Shown piece by piece: positions 1-9,424 of a stretch of 38,633 nt of DNA (positions are counted from its first letter, which is position 1; every line of letters begins with the position of its first letter). The stretch spans positions 1 to 38,633 of the forward strand of contig CAZUFC010000083.1 in NCBI GenBank assembly GCA_964619725.1. Reading direction: 5' to 3'. The stretch is from an uncultured bacterium. GTDB lineage: Bacteria > CSSED10-310 > CAZUFC01. The notes beneath the pieces were generated by a model that saw only the letters and a program-made list of their open reading frames with translations, was not told where the DNA came from and ran no database searches. The position numbers and the translations under genes are program-made.

Positions 1-7
1 TTTTTTT

Positions 8-54
8 GTCAAACATTTCACAATTTTTTATTAGCGAATGTCAGGAGATGTGAA
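8..54. repeat. Right end of a dispersed MITE-like repeat (family B), cut by the window start
   Basis: 47 bp (gtcaaacatttcacaattttttattagcgaatgtcaggagatgtgaa) identical to 28795-28841. Confidence 0.85.
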
Positions 55-157
55 CTTCGATTTTATCATTCTTGAATGAGAAGAGAGGGAACATTGCTTT
101 ACGCTGAAATGTATGTGACAATTGAACGGGTTTTTAGTTTCGGCGAAAGGAGTTGAC

Positions 158-1270
158 ATGAAAGGAAAATCATACGTTTTGGTTATATTAACGGTTTTGA
201 TTGCTGTTGCGCCTTTTCACACGGCGGCTGAAGAAAACAATGATAAGGCCGAAGAGGTTTTACAGAAGTATTATGAGGCGCTTGGGGGACTGGAGAAACT
301 TCAAAAGATCGACAGCATAGCGGTTAATGTTCAGTTTGAAGTATATGATTATGAATATGATTTCTGCGGTTTGCGGAACGGACGTTTCCGGGTTACGGAA
401 AGCGACAGCGCCACCATTTACGACGGTAATGATTACTGGCAGGAATACTATGGTTTCGTTTCACGGGCTCCCTGGGAAGTTGAACAGCGATTTCATGACG
501 TCAATCTTCGGAACGTCTTCTTCCATGGACTATTCGATGAAAATTGGGACCCTGTGCCTTTAGAGTATGTGGGATTCGAGGAAAAATACGAACGAGAATA
601 TGACGTTTTGAAGTCCGGACCGGGTTCTCCGTTGGAAAGACAGTATTATTTCAACCGTGAAACGCATCTGATCGACCGGATCATCGAATTCCAGGAGGAC
701 CCTGAATTAAAAAGTCTTAAGAACGTTTATAAATACAGGGATTATACGACGGTCGACGGGATAACTTTTTTCACCCGATCTGAGGCACGTTGCATAACGA
801 ACGGCCAGATGATCCAGCCGCCCTGGCGTTATGAGAAAATAAGAATTAACGATGAGATTGATGCTGCGATGTTCGGTAAGCCCATATCCACCCAGGCGCC
901 TGCTGAATTTGAGGACGGCGTAATCGTAGCCGAAGCGATCGGTTTTTCTGAGAGGGGAAGCGTCATAACGAACGTAACTCAGGAATTGTTGAAGAAATTG
1001 GACATCGAGAACGGCGACAAAATGAAAGCTGAATTGAAAGGTCAAGAGACGGAACATGTATTTTTCGAGCAGTTGGGACCTGAAAATCAGATTAAACCGG
1101 GCGATTACCTGGCGATTTTCAATAACAGTCCCCTGATGTGGCTTGTAAAGGCATATGTAGGGATGACGAGTGATATGGAAATAAAAAAGGGCGACGTGAT
1201 CAAAATATATGCGGTTGAAAAAAAGGAAGAGACGCAAAAAGAAGAGGTGAAAGATGAAAAAGCTTCGTAA
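158..1270 (+). CDS. Secreted protein: LolA-like/lipoprotein-sorting-type N-terminal domain plus SAM hydroxide adenosyltransferase C-terminal-like domain
   Basis: ATG at 158 after an AAGGAG RBS. Signal peptide MKGKSYVLVILTVLIAVAPFHTAA. 'AEEVLQKYYEALGGLEKLQKI' is typical of LolA-like proteins. The C-terminal GSVITNV...PGDYLAIFNNS...IKKGDVIKI pattern resembles SAM_HAT_C. Confidence 0.6.
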   Translation: MKGKSYVLVILTVLIAVAPFHTAAEENNDKAEEVLQKYYEALGGLEKLQKIDSIAVNVQFEVYDYEYDFCGLRNGRFRVTESDSATIYDGNDYWQEYYGFVSRAPWEVEQRFHDVNLRNVFFHGLFDENWDPVPLEYVGFEEKYEREYDVLKSGPGSPLERQYYFNRETHLIDRIIEFQEDPELKSLKNVYKYRDYTTVDGITFFTRSEARCITNGQMIQPPWRYEKIRINDEIDAAMFGKPISTQAPAEFEDGVIVAEAIGFSERGSVITNVTQELLKKLDIENGDKMKAELKGQETEHVFFEQLGPENQIKPGDYLAIFNNSPLMWLVKAYVGMTSDMEIKKGDVIKIYAVEKKEETQKEEVKDEKAS

Positions 1271-2156
1271 ATTTTATTCAGGAAGGATCCGCCCCTGGCC
1301 CACGACTTACTACGGTTTGGGGTTTCTTGCGTTTTTATCGGGAATAGCGGCCGCCGTAATTCTGTGTTCCAATGCGGGGATAGCGGAAGAAAACAGTAAC
1401 GGCGTTTTGAAGGTTAAACATTACAACACCCTGGGTCGTACGGGTTTGAAAGTATCCGATATAGGTTTCGGTGCAGGGGCGACCGTTGATCCGGAGGTGG
1501 TCGAGTATGCACTGAAAAGAGGAATAAACTATTTCGACACGTCGGAATATTACTGCAGCGGAAAAAGCGAAGAAGCGATCGGAAAAGTTGCGGCCGAACA
1601 TCGTAAAGATATGATTATCTGCACGAAACTGGGAATGGACGGAGAGACGAAAAAAGAAGATATCGTCAACGGATTGGAGAAGAGCCTGAAGAGGCTTCAA
1701 ACGGATTATGCGGATATCCTGATGATCCATGGAGGAAACCAGGATGCGCTGGCGAACCCCCGGATTTTTGAAACATTCGATGAATTAAAAAAACAGAAGA
1801 AAATACGTTTCTGCGGCGTATCGCATCACGGTCCCGATATTCCCGGTTCATTAAAAAGCGTCATCGCAGAAAACAAGGTTGATGTGATATTATGCAGCTA
1901 TGATCCCAAAGGCCATTCTGGCTTAGCGGAGATGATCGAAACGGCCAAGCAAAAAGGGATCGGCATCGTGGGCATGAAAGTGTTCAATTCAGCTCAAAAA
2001 GTGGAACTGGAGGAGTTCAAAAGCGGCAAATATCCTTTCCACCTGGCCGCTCTCCGGTGGGCGCTCAAGGAATCGAATATGGACTCGTTGCTGCTGAGCA
2101 TGAACGTTATGGAGCAAATAGACGAATACATCGAGGTTTCAGGCTCCTTTCAATAA
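1254..2156 (+). CDS. Aldo/keto reductase with N-terminal hydrophobic signal/anchor
   Basis: Motifs LGRTGLKVSDIGFG, GINYFDTSEYY, ICTK, SLKRLQTDYADILMIH. Overlaps the upstream stop codon. Confidence 0.9.
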   Translation: MKKLRKFYSGRIRPWPTTYYGLGFLAFLSGIAAAVILCSNAGIAEENSNGVLKVKHYNTLGRTGLKVSDIGFGAGATVDPEVVEYALKRGINYFDTSEYYCSGKSEEAIGKVAAEHRKDMIICTKLGMDGETKKEDIVNGLEKSLKRLQTDYADILMIHGGNQDALANPRIFETFDELKKQKKIRFCGVSHHGPDIPGSLKSVIAENKVDVILCSYDPKGHSGLAEMIETAKQKGIGIVGMKVFNSAQKVELEEFKSGKYPFHLAALRWALKESNMDSLLLSMNVMEQIDEYIEVSGSFQ

Positions 2157-2206
2157 TTTTTCAGTAATAAATGCTCATCTTTTATTCAATGGTATAGAAA
2201 GGCGGA

Positions 2207-3136
2207 ATGAATATGATACGCAAAAGATTAACCGTCAGTATTGCTTTTATGACTATTTTCATATGCTTTACATCTGCAGCCGAATTTACCGACGGACTAT
2301 CCAGGTCGCTCCTTCCCCTTAAAAAAGAATTTTCAGGCTGGAAACTCGAAGAAAATATTCTTCAATATCCGACGGAAGAAATGTGGAAACACATCAACGG
2401 AGCGGCAGAACAATTTGCCGATTACGGTGCTGAAAGTTTGACGGCGGCGTATTTGAAGCAGGAAGGAACGGACGCCGAGATAAGCATTGAAATATACAGA
2501 ATGAAGGATGATCGTGCCGCTTTCGCCATCTACTCAGTGCAAAAGCCCCTGGAAGGACCTTTTCTGCCCATCGGCGTACAGGGTTACGGCGAAGCCGGCG
2601 TTTTGAATTTTTTTAAAGGACCTTTTTATGTAAAATTACAGGTCAGACCTGCGGATGACGATAAATTGGAGGCTGTTCTTCGTGATTTCGCCGGATTTCT
2701 GGCATCCAGAATCACGAAATACGGCGGGGTTCCAGAAGCATTCAAAAAATTTCCTAAAAAGCATCTGGTTGAGCATTCTTTCCAGTTTATTCCGAAAAAC
2801 GCGTTAGGAATAAAGGAGGTCAACGGCGCCTACACAGCGCTTTACCGCGAGGACGACAAGGAAATAACGCTGCATCTGATTCGCCGTTATAAACCGGAAG
2901 TTGCGGGCGAAATCGTCACGAAAATCAGGGATTCTCTTGAAAAGAGGTATGAAAAGGGTACGGAGCCGCTCAGCATCGACCGGGCATCGGGATTCCAGGG
3001 TGAGATGAAATATAAAGGAGCGATATCCGTACTGAGGTCACGGGGAAATGTGGTTATTGTGACGGGCGAGAAACTGGACGGCTGGGTGAAAAGCATAGTG
3101 GAAAAGTTTTACGGGAATCTGCAGGGCGGAGACTAA
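2207..3136 (+). CDS. DUF6599-like exported protein
   Basis: Signal peptide. MWKHINGAAEQFADYG, EIYRM...AAFAIYS and FFKGPFYVK motifs. Typical neighbour of this AKR subfamily. Confidence 0.7.
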   Translation: MNMIRKRLTVSIAFMTIFICFTSAAEFTDGLSRSLLPLKKEFSGWKLEENILQYPTEEMWKHINGAAEQFADYGAESLTAAYLKQEGTDAEISIEIYRMKDDRAAFAIYSVQKPLEGPFLPIGVQGYGEAGVLNFFKGPFYVKLQVRPADDDKLEAVLRDFAGFLASRITKYGGVPEAFKKFPKKHLVEHSFQFIPKNALGIKEVNGAYTALYREDDKEITLHLIRRYKPEVAGEIVTKIRDSLEKRYEKGTEPLSIDRASGFQGEMKYKGAISVLRSRGNVVIVTGEKLDGWVKSIVEKFYGNLQGGD

Positions 3137-3182
3137 AATTCAAAACCGGCTTCGTTTTTTTGTGTGTCATAGACGTTAAGAG

Positions 3183-4259
3183 TTATTTCAGGAGCTTGGA
3201 GACGGATTTTTTCTGATTGATGTTAAAAATGACGTTGGCGAAAAGTTGCGCAACCGACACTTCGTGGTACCAGGGGTATTTTTTCTGGAAATCCTCTCCC
3301 CAGAAGACGGCATCGGTCCCAATTAGGAGTTTGAAGGCTCCTTCTTCGTGAGCTTTATGGAATTCTTCGACAGCGTTGCCGTTAAAGAAGGGCAGGCTTG
3401 CGCACAGATAAATGTCATTTGCGCCGCGGTCCTTGAGATGGCGGCAGGCGCGCAATAATGTGCCTCCGGTAGATATCATGTCGTCGGGAATAAAAACATC
3501 TTTACCCTGGACGTTACCGACGAGTTGCATGCTGGCGACGGTACCCGGCCTGGAATAATCCCTGACCTTGTATACGATGGCCAGTTCGGTTTCAAACTGC
3601 TTGGAAAAAAAACTGGCCCTGTCCGCGCTGCCGACATCCGGAGCCACGACCGTCAAGGGATGGTCTTTGCCTTTTTCTGCATTTTTCTTATCCAATCCGT
3701 TCGGCTTGATATAGATATCGTTGAAATAATTTCTCATGACGGTGGAAGCATGCAGGTTCTCCATCAAAGCGTTCGTAAAGAATCCGCCTATGGCTTCAGC
3801 GTGAATATCCAGGGTGATGACACGCCGCACGCACATTATTTCCAGCAATCTAGCGATAACTCTGGCCGTAATGCCTTCACGGCCCTTTTTACGTTCCTGT
3901 CGGGCATAGGGAAATTGGGGTATCACTGCCGTTACGGCATCGGCATCCGATTGATTCGCAGCATCAAGAGCGGTAATCAAAGCCATTAAATTATCGTTTA
4001 CGGACCTGTCGGAAATCGGATCATCTATGCACTGCACCACATAAACGTCATCGCCCCTAATGTTGTCGTGAATGACCGTTTTAATTTCGTTGTTGGGAAA
4101 TTCAACCTCTTCCGTCGCCGGCGACACCAGCTTGCGCTCATTTTCTTCGCTGCGCAGCTTGTCTTCCTCTTTGAACCTCTGGACCAGATGAGTATAAATC
4201 CGATCGCAAAACTCACGGCCGGAAGCGCATGAAAATAACGCTAGTTTTCCTCTATCCAT
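3183..4259 (-). CDS. prs: Ribose-phosphate pyrophosphokinase (PRPP synthetase)
   Basis: FPNNEIK, NIRGDDVYVVQ, PQFPYARQERK, LDIHA, VVAPDVG and PRPP-binding DDMISTGGTL. Start placed at ATG 4259 (GGGAG RBS); the ORF track extends to 4310. Confidence 0.95.
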   Translation of the reverse strand: MDRGKLALFSCASGREFCDRIYTHLVQRFKEEDKLRSEENERKLVSPATEEVEFPNNEIKTVIHDNIRGDDVYVVQCIDDPISDRSVNDNLMALITALDAANQSDADAVTAVIPQFPYARQERKKGREGITARVIARLLEIMCVRRVITLDIHAEAIGGFFTNALMENLHASTVMRNYFNDIYIKPNGLDKKNAEKGKDHPLTVVAPDVGSADRASFFSKQFETELAIVYKVRDYSRPGTVASMQLVGNVQGKDVFIPDDMISTGGTLLRACRHLKDRGANDIYLCASLPFFNGNAVEEFHKAHEEGAFKLLIGTDAVFWGEDFQKKYPWYHEVSVAQLFANVIFNINQKKSVSKLLK

Positions 4260-4414
4260 TGTATTCTCCCGATTTATAAGAGAAAAACAAATAATCCTCC
4301 GTTTCCGCAAATCATCTTAATGGATCGAAATGCTGCTTTCAAGAGGAAAAGTCAGAAATAATATTCCAGTCGTCCGGAGAACCTCACACGGCATCGGGTG
4401 TTCCGTTTTAAGTC

Positions 4415-6865
4415 TCACGTCAGTGAGTTATCGCCGAAAACCCCGCCCTTGTATTGTTTCAAGGCTGTTCTTAAAATCGCCTTCCGCCTGGTCCTCAATC
4501 TATTCATGACTTCCCTCGGGATTTTCGTCTTGTTTATTTCATCGGATTTCTTCTTGAGATAATCGAGTTTCCTGGACAACTCGCTTATCCTGGCATCCGC
4601 TTCGCGCTTTTTTACTTCCAACTGATCCGAGGTATCTCTCGGCGGATTGAAAGTAATACGGTGCAGCTTCCTGAAATGGACCGATGCAATTATCAGAAAT
4701 ATGATTACCCCTATGTAACCGGAATAAGGATAACCGTGCCAGGTAAAATACATGGAGACGGCTATGCCGATCGAAGCGCCTATTCCCAATATGGAGGACC
4801 TTCGTTTCGTCGTATAATAATCATTGATGCGCTTGATGTTTAATTGTATTTTGGTCCGTTTTTCTCTGAGTTCCCTTATTTCGTTTTTGATTTTTTCCGT
4901 CTGAACGTTGATTTCCTGGTTCTGCTTGTTCGAGAGCTTAATGGTGGTGAGTTCCTTGTTCAAATCCGCAATTTTTTCACGTAATTCTTCATCTTCAGGC
5001 AGAAATTTAGGTTTTTTCGACTCTGGATCGCATAATTCAGCCCATTCCCTGGCCGTCAGACAAAATTCCAGCGCATATTGAATTTCCCAGGCAGGTTGAT
5101 CATCCTTCAAAAATTTCTTGAGCTGCTTCTTCAAATAAGAAACGCCTGAACTCGGCGCCAGGTCCGTAACAAATTTCAATATATTGGAATCGACTTTCTC
5201 CATATTCTGATCATAATGATTCAAAAGCCGCATGATAAATGGACTGTCTTCCGATTTTCTCACCAGGACCTTAATGAAAGGTTCATTCAGTTTTTCACTA
5301 TCGAGATTCTTAACGGCTTCCAGAAGCTGATCGTCATCCACCGACTCGATTTTATCGAGAGATTCAAGCGACCCGTCACCCTTGCTGTAAGTTTCCATCA
5401 GAAAATTGAAAATCTGCCCAATGTCCTGATTCAAGAGCGTCTCAGTCACCTTTTCCCGGAAATCCTCATGCGCATGCTTGTAAAGATACTTCAAGGCCCG
5501 GATGGAATTATGGTCGGCAGGCAGCCCAACTCCATCGATCAACTGCCCTATCTCCTCCTTTCCGACATCCTTGAAAGTATTCATCATCCACGACCAGGAA
5601 TGCTCTTCAACCGGAAACAGTTGCTCCAGCCGTTCTTCAAAATCCTCTGAAATAGCATAAGTAATCGTCGCCAAAACTTCATCGCCGTCCTTGCACTTCG
5701 ACAACTCCCGTCCGATCACAGTAAAAAGCTCGTCATCCACCGTAAAATGCAACACCTCGGCGGCCTTCCGGCGAATCGTATCGAACTTTGAGTTCAGCTC
5801 TGAAAATACTATAGTCTTCGACAAGGAATCCTTGTTGCCCGATAAAAACTCCAGGTATGCGAAACGGTCCTGCGTGTTGATGTAATTCCAGGTCTTGTCT
5901 ATATAGCGGCTTAATTCATCCCCTAATTTGCTGCGGACGATGTTCTGCACCATTGTTCGACGCACAGGGTCCTCGTGCGCTATGTAAGGATGAAGGTGTT
6001 TCCATACCGTTTCATTGTCGAAACTCTCGAAACAATACGCCAGCATCTCCCGTATGTTGGGATCGGGATCATCCAGGGCCGTCGTTATCAGCTCCAACGC
6101 ATCCTCGTCGCATCTCATCCGACACCCCTTCAACATCGCCTTCTTCTGTGCCGTATTACCCTCTTTCAGATACTCCTTTAATCTTTCCGTGATTTCCGGG
6201 TCAGGCGCCGAAGCTATTATTTCAATTAATGCATCCCGACCCCCGGAAAACGAATCCAAATTATCCAGCAGATACTTGCCCTTCTCCGTCCAGGAACTCT
6301 GCTTCAATACGTCCGTTATTGCCCTCTGCAATAACCAACCCGCTGAATTATACTTGCTCAGCAGATATTCCGCCGCCTCCTGATCCGTTACTGATGCCAG
6401 TATCTCCCCTGCTCGACGCCTTACCTTGGAACTCGTGTCCTCCAGCAATTCCGTCAATATGGGTATCCAGTCACGCGAAACCCGCTTCGACAACTTCTCC
6501 AGATAATCTCGACGCACATGCCAATCGGAATCTTTTAAACCCCTTAATATCTCCTCCTCCGTCACATCCTCCTCTCCCGATTTCTCCGCCTCGTCATACA
6601 ACTGATCGTCCGCCGTGTCGTCCAGCATCAAGTCATCGTCAGAATCTTCATACGACATCGCCTCTTCCCCCGACTCAACAACCTCCTCACCGCTCAATTC
6701 GTCCTCTTCCCTCTCCTGCTCCATCGCCTCTTCCGTTCCGATTGCATCCTCTCTCACTTCCCCATTCTCATCGCTCTCCTTCTTCTCCGTCCGCTCTTCA
6801 CTTGCATGCCCTAATGACAATTTTGCATCCATACGTTCCGCGTTATTTTTGTTTTCTTCGGTCAC
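4415..6865 (-). CDS. HEAT-repeat protein with acidic N-terminus, coiled coils and two C-terminal TM helices
   Basis: HEAT motifs LKDSDWHVRR, LEDTSSKVRRRA, LDDPDPNIRE, HEDPVRR. E/D-rich first ~100 aa. Two hydrophobic segments near the C-terminus. GTG at 6865 has a GGGGAG RBS. Confidence 0.75.
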   Translation of the reverse strand: MTEENKNNAERMDAKLSLGHASEERTEKKESDENGEVREDAIGTEEAMEQEREEDELSGEEVVESGEEAMSYEDSDDDLMLDDTADDQLYDEAEKSGEEDVTEEEILRGLKDSDWHVRRDYLEKLSKRVSRDWIPILTELLEDTSSKVRRRAGEILASVTDQEAAEYLLSKYNSAGWLLQRAITDVLKQSSWTEKGKYLLDNLDSFSGGRDALIEIIASAPDPEITERLKEYLKEGNTAQKKAMLKGCRMRCDEDALELITTALDDPDPNIREMLAYCFESFDNETVWKHLHPYIAHEDPVRRTMVQNIVRSKLGDELSRYIDKTWNYINTQDRFAYLEFLSGNKDSLSKTIVFSELNSKFDTIRRKAAEVLHFTVDDELFTVIGRELSKCKDGDEVLATITYAISEDFEERLEQLFPVEEHSWSWMMNTFKDVGKEEIGQLIDGVGLPADHNSIRALKYLYKHAHEDFREKVTETLLNQDIGQIFNFLMETYSKGDGSLESLDKIESVDDDQLLEAVKNLDSEKLNEPFIKVLVRKSEDSPFIMRLLNHYDQNMEKVDSNILKFVTDLAPSSGVSYLKKQLKKFLKDDQPAWEIQYALEFCLTAREWAELCDPESKKPKFLPEDEELREKIADLNKELTTIKLSNKQNQEINVQTEKIKNEIRELREKRTKIQLNIKRINDYYTTKRRSSILGIGASIGIAVSMYFTWHGYPYSGYIGVIIFLIIASVHFRKLHRITFNPPRDTSDQLEVKKREADARISELSRKLDYLKKKSDEINKTKIPREVMNRLRTRRKAILRTALKQYKGGVFGDNSLT

Positions 6866-7080
6866 AGGCTTTCTCCCCGTAAACTTATTCTTCTTCGCGC
6901 CGCATCCTGAACGCGAACCCCGCAACTTTCTATTATAATCTTTTTTTTCCTCTCCGTAAAGTTATGACCGGTTCGTTGCTCTTTTGACGGGAGGCGCATC
7001 TTTTTTCAGCAGACTGGAAGCAATCTGAGCGATTAATGCTATTGTCCCGGATTTTTCTGCCGCAACAGGACATTTTTTGA

Positions 7081-7109
7081 TTGACTAATCCGTCCGAATG
7101 TATTATACT
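7081..7109 (+). promoter_or_regulatory. Sigma70-type promoter of the TetR-SDR operon
   Basis: TTGACT (7081-7086), 17-bp spacer, TATACT (7104-7109), 33 bp before ATG 7143. Confidence 0.65.
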
Positions 7110-7142
7110 TATGAAGCAAACATAATGAATTGGGAGAGGCTA

Positions 7143-7790
7143 ATGAGTGCTGAACTTCGGAAAATCAAGGATGACAGACGGAAGATGCAGACCAGAAAGC
7201 GGCTGATGAATGCTGCAGAAAGAGTTTTCACTGCGAAGGGTTATCATGCCGCTTTAATTTCGGATATCGTAGAGAAGGCGGGAAAGGGACAGGGCACGTT
7301 TTACCGTTATTTTGAGAGCAAGCGGGACATTTTCCTGGCGCTTTTCGAGCGGCTTCTGGCAAAGTTACTGGGTGAATTTGATTTTATGAGCATGCATATG
7401 CCTTCGAATGAGTCGGAGTACAGGGAGGCATCGAAGCGTGCATTGATTCAGATGGCGGAGCGTATAAAGGAGAACAAGAGGACGGTATTGATGTTTTTAC
7501 ATGAGGGGCCATCGGTAGACAGGGAATTCAAGGAGCTGCTTGAGAGCACTTATGACCGTTTTGCGGAGTTGGCGAAATTTTACCTGGACCATGCGATAGA
7601 GAACGGATTTGCTCGCTCCTGTAATTCACAAGTAGTATCGAATTTACTGACGGGGATGGGTATATATTTGCTGGAAAAATGGCTGACGGGTCGTTTAGGC
7701 GATTATGAGACGGAGATGATATTGGAGGAGACGGTAGAATTCGCATTTTCGGGGATAGGGATATGCGGAGAGCGTTTAGAAAGCGAATAA
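7143..7790 (+). CDS. TetR/AcrR family transcriptional regulator
   Basis: N-terminal HTH TRKRLMNAAERVFTAKGYHAALISDIVEKAGKGQGTFYRYFESK. Start at ATG 7143 after GGGAGAGG. Confidence 0.93.
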   Translation: MSAELRKIKDDRRKMQTRKRLMNAAERVFTAKGYHAALISDIVEKAGKGQGTFYRYFESKRDIFLALFERLLAKLLGEFDFMSMHMPSNESEYREASKRALIQMAERIKENKRTVLMFLHEGPSVDREFKELLESTYDRFAELAKFYLDHAIENGFARSCNSQVVSNLLTGMGIYLLEKWLTGRLGDYETEMILEETVEFAFSGIGICGERLESE

Positions 7791-7847
7791 AAAGAGTATA
7801 GAGAAGCATTCGTAATTTTTTTGAATGAGGAAAAAGGAGGAGTAGAA

Positions 7848-8732
7848 ATGAAGGATAATTCAGGAGTCTGGGCAATGATCACGGGAGCGGCGGGAGGCAT
7901 AGGGTATTTCACAGCCGAGGAATTTGCGCGAGGGGGTTATAATCTGGTTTTAAACGACATAGACGAGGAAGGTGTATTCGGTGCAGCGGAACGATTAAGG
8001 AAGTATAATATTGAGACGCTGCCGTTAGTGTATGACGTTTCTGACAGGTTATTGGTAGAGAAGGCGGTAAAAACCGTTTTAGGGGAGTGCGGAGGTATCG
8101 ACATATTGATCAACAATGCGGGCGTCGGCGTGTGCGGTGAATTGGATGCCATGAGCATAGAATCCTGGAAGCGATTAATGGATATAAATTTCTGGGGACC
8201 GTTGTATCATATTTATGCGTGTCTTCCATCCATGAAAGCGCGAGGTTCCGGGAAAATAGTAAACATATCGTCGGGCCAGTCTTTTTTTCGATTACCGACA
8301 TGGGGCGCTTATGCCGCCATAAAGTCTGCTCTCGGAGTTTTTTCAGAAATACTGCATTTTGAGCTCCGCCATTACGGAATTCATGTATCAACCGTCTATC
8401 CGTTTCTGACGGCCACGGCATTTTACAAGGACATAAATTCCGATACGGCTTTCGGCAAATTGTTCATGAACTTGATTCCGTATGTATCGATGAAACCGGA
8501 AAAGGTGGGGAAGATAATATTCAAAGCAGCGCAAAAGAAGCGGAAGGTGGAGCTTGTGAGCGTATTGAACCGACTGGGATACTGCACGCAAGGGGTGACG
8601 CTGATAAAGGATGCGATTTCGCATGCGGGACGACTTTTTCTGTTGGACACGAGCAAAGGAAAAGGCAAAAAGAGCGGAAATGAAATACCCGTTAAGAGAA
8701 CTTCTTTAAGGGAAGCAAAGGAGGCGGTATAA
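7848..8732 (+). CDS. Short-chain dehydrogenase/reductase (SDR)
   Basis: TGAAGGIG, NNAG, catalytic S and YAAIK. AGGAGG RBS before ATG 7848. Confidence 0.95.
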   Translation: MKDNSGVWAMITGAAGGIGYFTAEEFARGGYNLVLNDIDEEGVFGAAERLRKYNIETLPLVYDVSDRLLVEKAVKTVLGECGGIDILINNAGVGVCGELDAMSIESWKRLMDINFWGPLYHIYACLPSMKARGSGKIVNISSGQSFFRLPTWGAYAAIKSALGVFSEILHFELRHYGIHVSTVYPFLTATAFYKDINSDTAFGKLFMNLIPYVSMKPEKVGKIIFKAAQKKRKVELVSVLNRLGYCTQGVTLIKDAISHAGRLFLLDTSKGKGKKSGNEIPVKRTSLREAKEAV

Positions 8733-8734
8733 AA

Positions 8735-9262
8735 ATGTTAAAGCGTTTCGGGAACCATATCAAAGAAAATAATTTAGGCTTTCGCATACAGGAAAAGATG
8801 ACTGGACGCCACATGTTTTATTCTCCAGAGACTAATTCTGAGTCAAAGAGAATGGAATTCGACGTGGTTTGGGGTCATGAGTGTGTCACTGATTTTTTCA
8901 ATCCCCATCATAAAGATTTTTTAAAGGCCGACCTGGAAGGAGATGTAACCGTCGAGGGTTTATGCGAGAGGACCCCATGCAGCGGAACACTGGAAATCGA
9001 TTATTTTGGAACGCACACGATCAGATATACGTTCGATTTCGAAGTCAGCGGAAAGAATTATCATTATGAAGGGGAAAAAGTGAATATAAAGCCCTGGAAC
9101 CTTTTATTTTCTCATACGACGTGTTTCGGGACCCTGGCAGAGAAAGCAACCGGCATACTGATCTCCACGTCCGTGCTGTATTTCCGGCTGAGAACCATAC
9201 CGTCATTCCTGCTGAGTTTCCGTCCGCAAATTTCTGCGGGTATGCGGAAACAAAGGAGATAA
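8735..9262 (+). CDS. Hypothetical protein resembling the accessory beta domain found in cholesterol-oxidase-like GMC proteins
   Basis: GGAGG RBS, 2 bp after the SDR stop. Pattern F.I.EKMTG...ADLEGDV...IRYTFDF...Y.YEGEK...W...SHTT...LYF...FL.SF. Family call is from recollection. Confidence 0.55.
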   Translation: MLKRFGNHIKENNLGFRIQEKMTGRHMFYSPETNSESKRMEFDVVWGHECVTDFFNPHHKDFLKADLEGDVTVEGLCERTPCSGTLEIDYFGTHTIRYTFDFEVSGKNYHYEGEKVNIKPWNLLFSHTTCFGTLAEKATGILISTSVLYFRLRTIPSFLLSFRPQISAGMRKQRR

Positions 9263-9424
9263 TCAGCGGAAGTCCAAAAAGCAGATTCACGGAAAAAATT
9301 TTAATGCAGTACAGGCGCGGCGTGTTCTGGATTTTTTGCCGGCTTTAGGTTACATTTGCAGGGAAAAAAAATGGAGAACCTTTCAGTTTTTCATTTTAAT
9401 TTTTCCTGAAACAAAAGGATTGAA

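Noticed and set aside
6229..6938. Pro/Ser-rich plus-strand ORFs
   Set aside because: Antisense to the Glu/Asp-rich start of the HEAT protein; a compositional artefact.
5500..8700. Switch from C-rich to G-rich plus strand near 6950, resembling a replication origin
   Set aside because: It coincides with divergent genes whose coding strands are purine-rich; I saw no DnaA boxes or dnaA/parAB genes.
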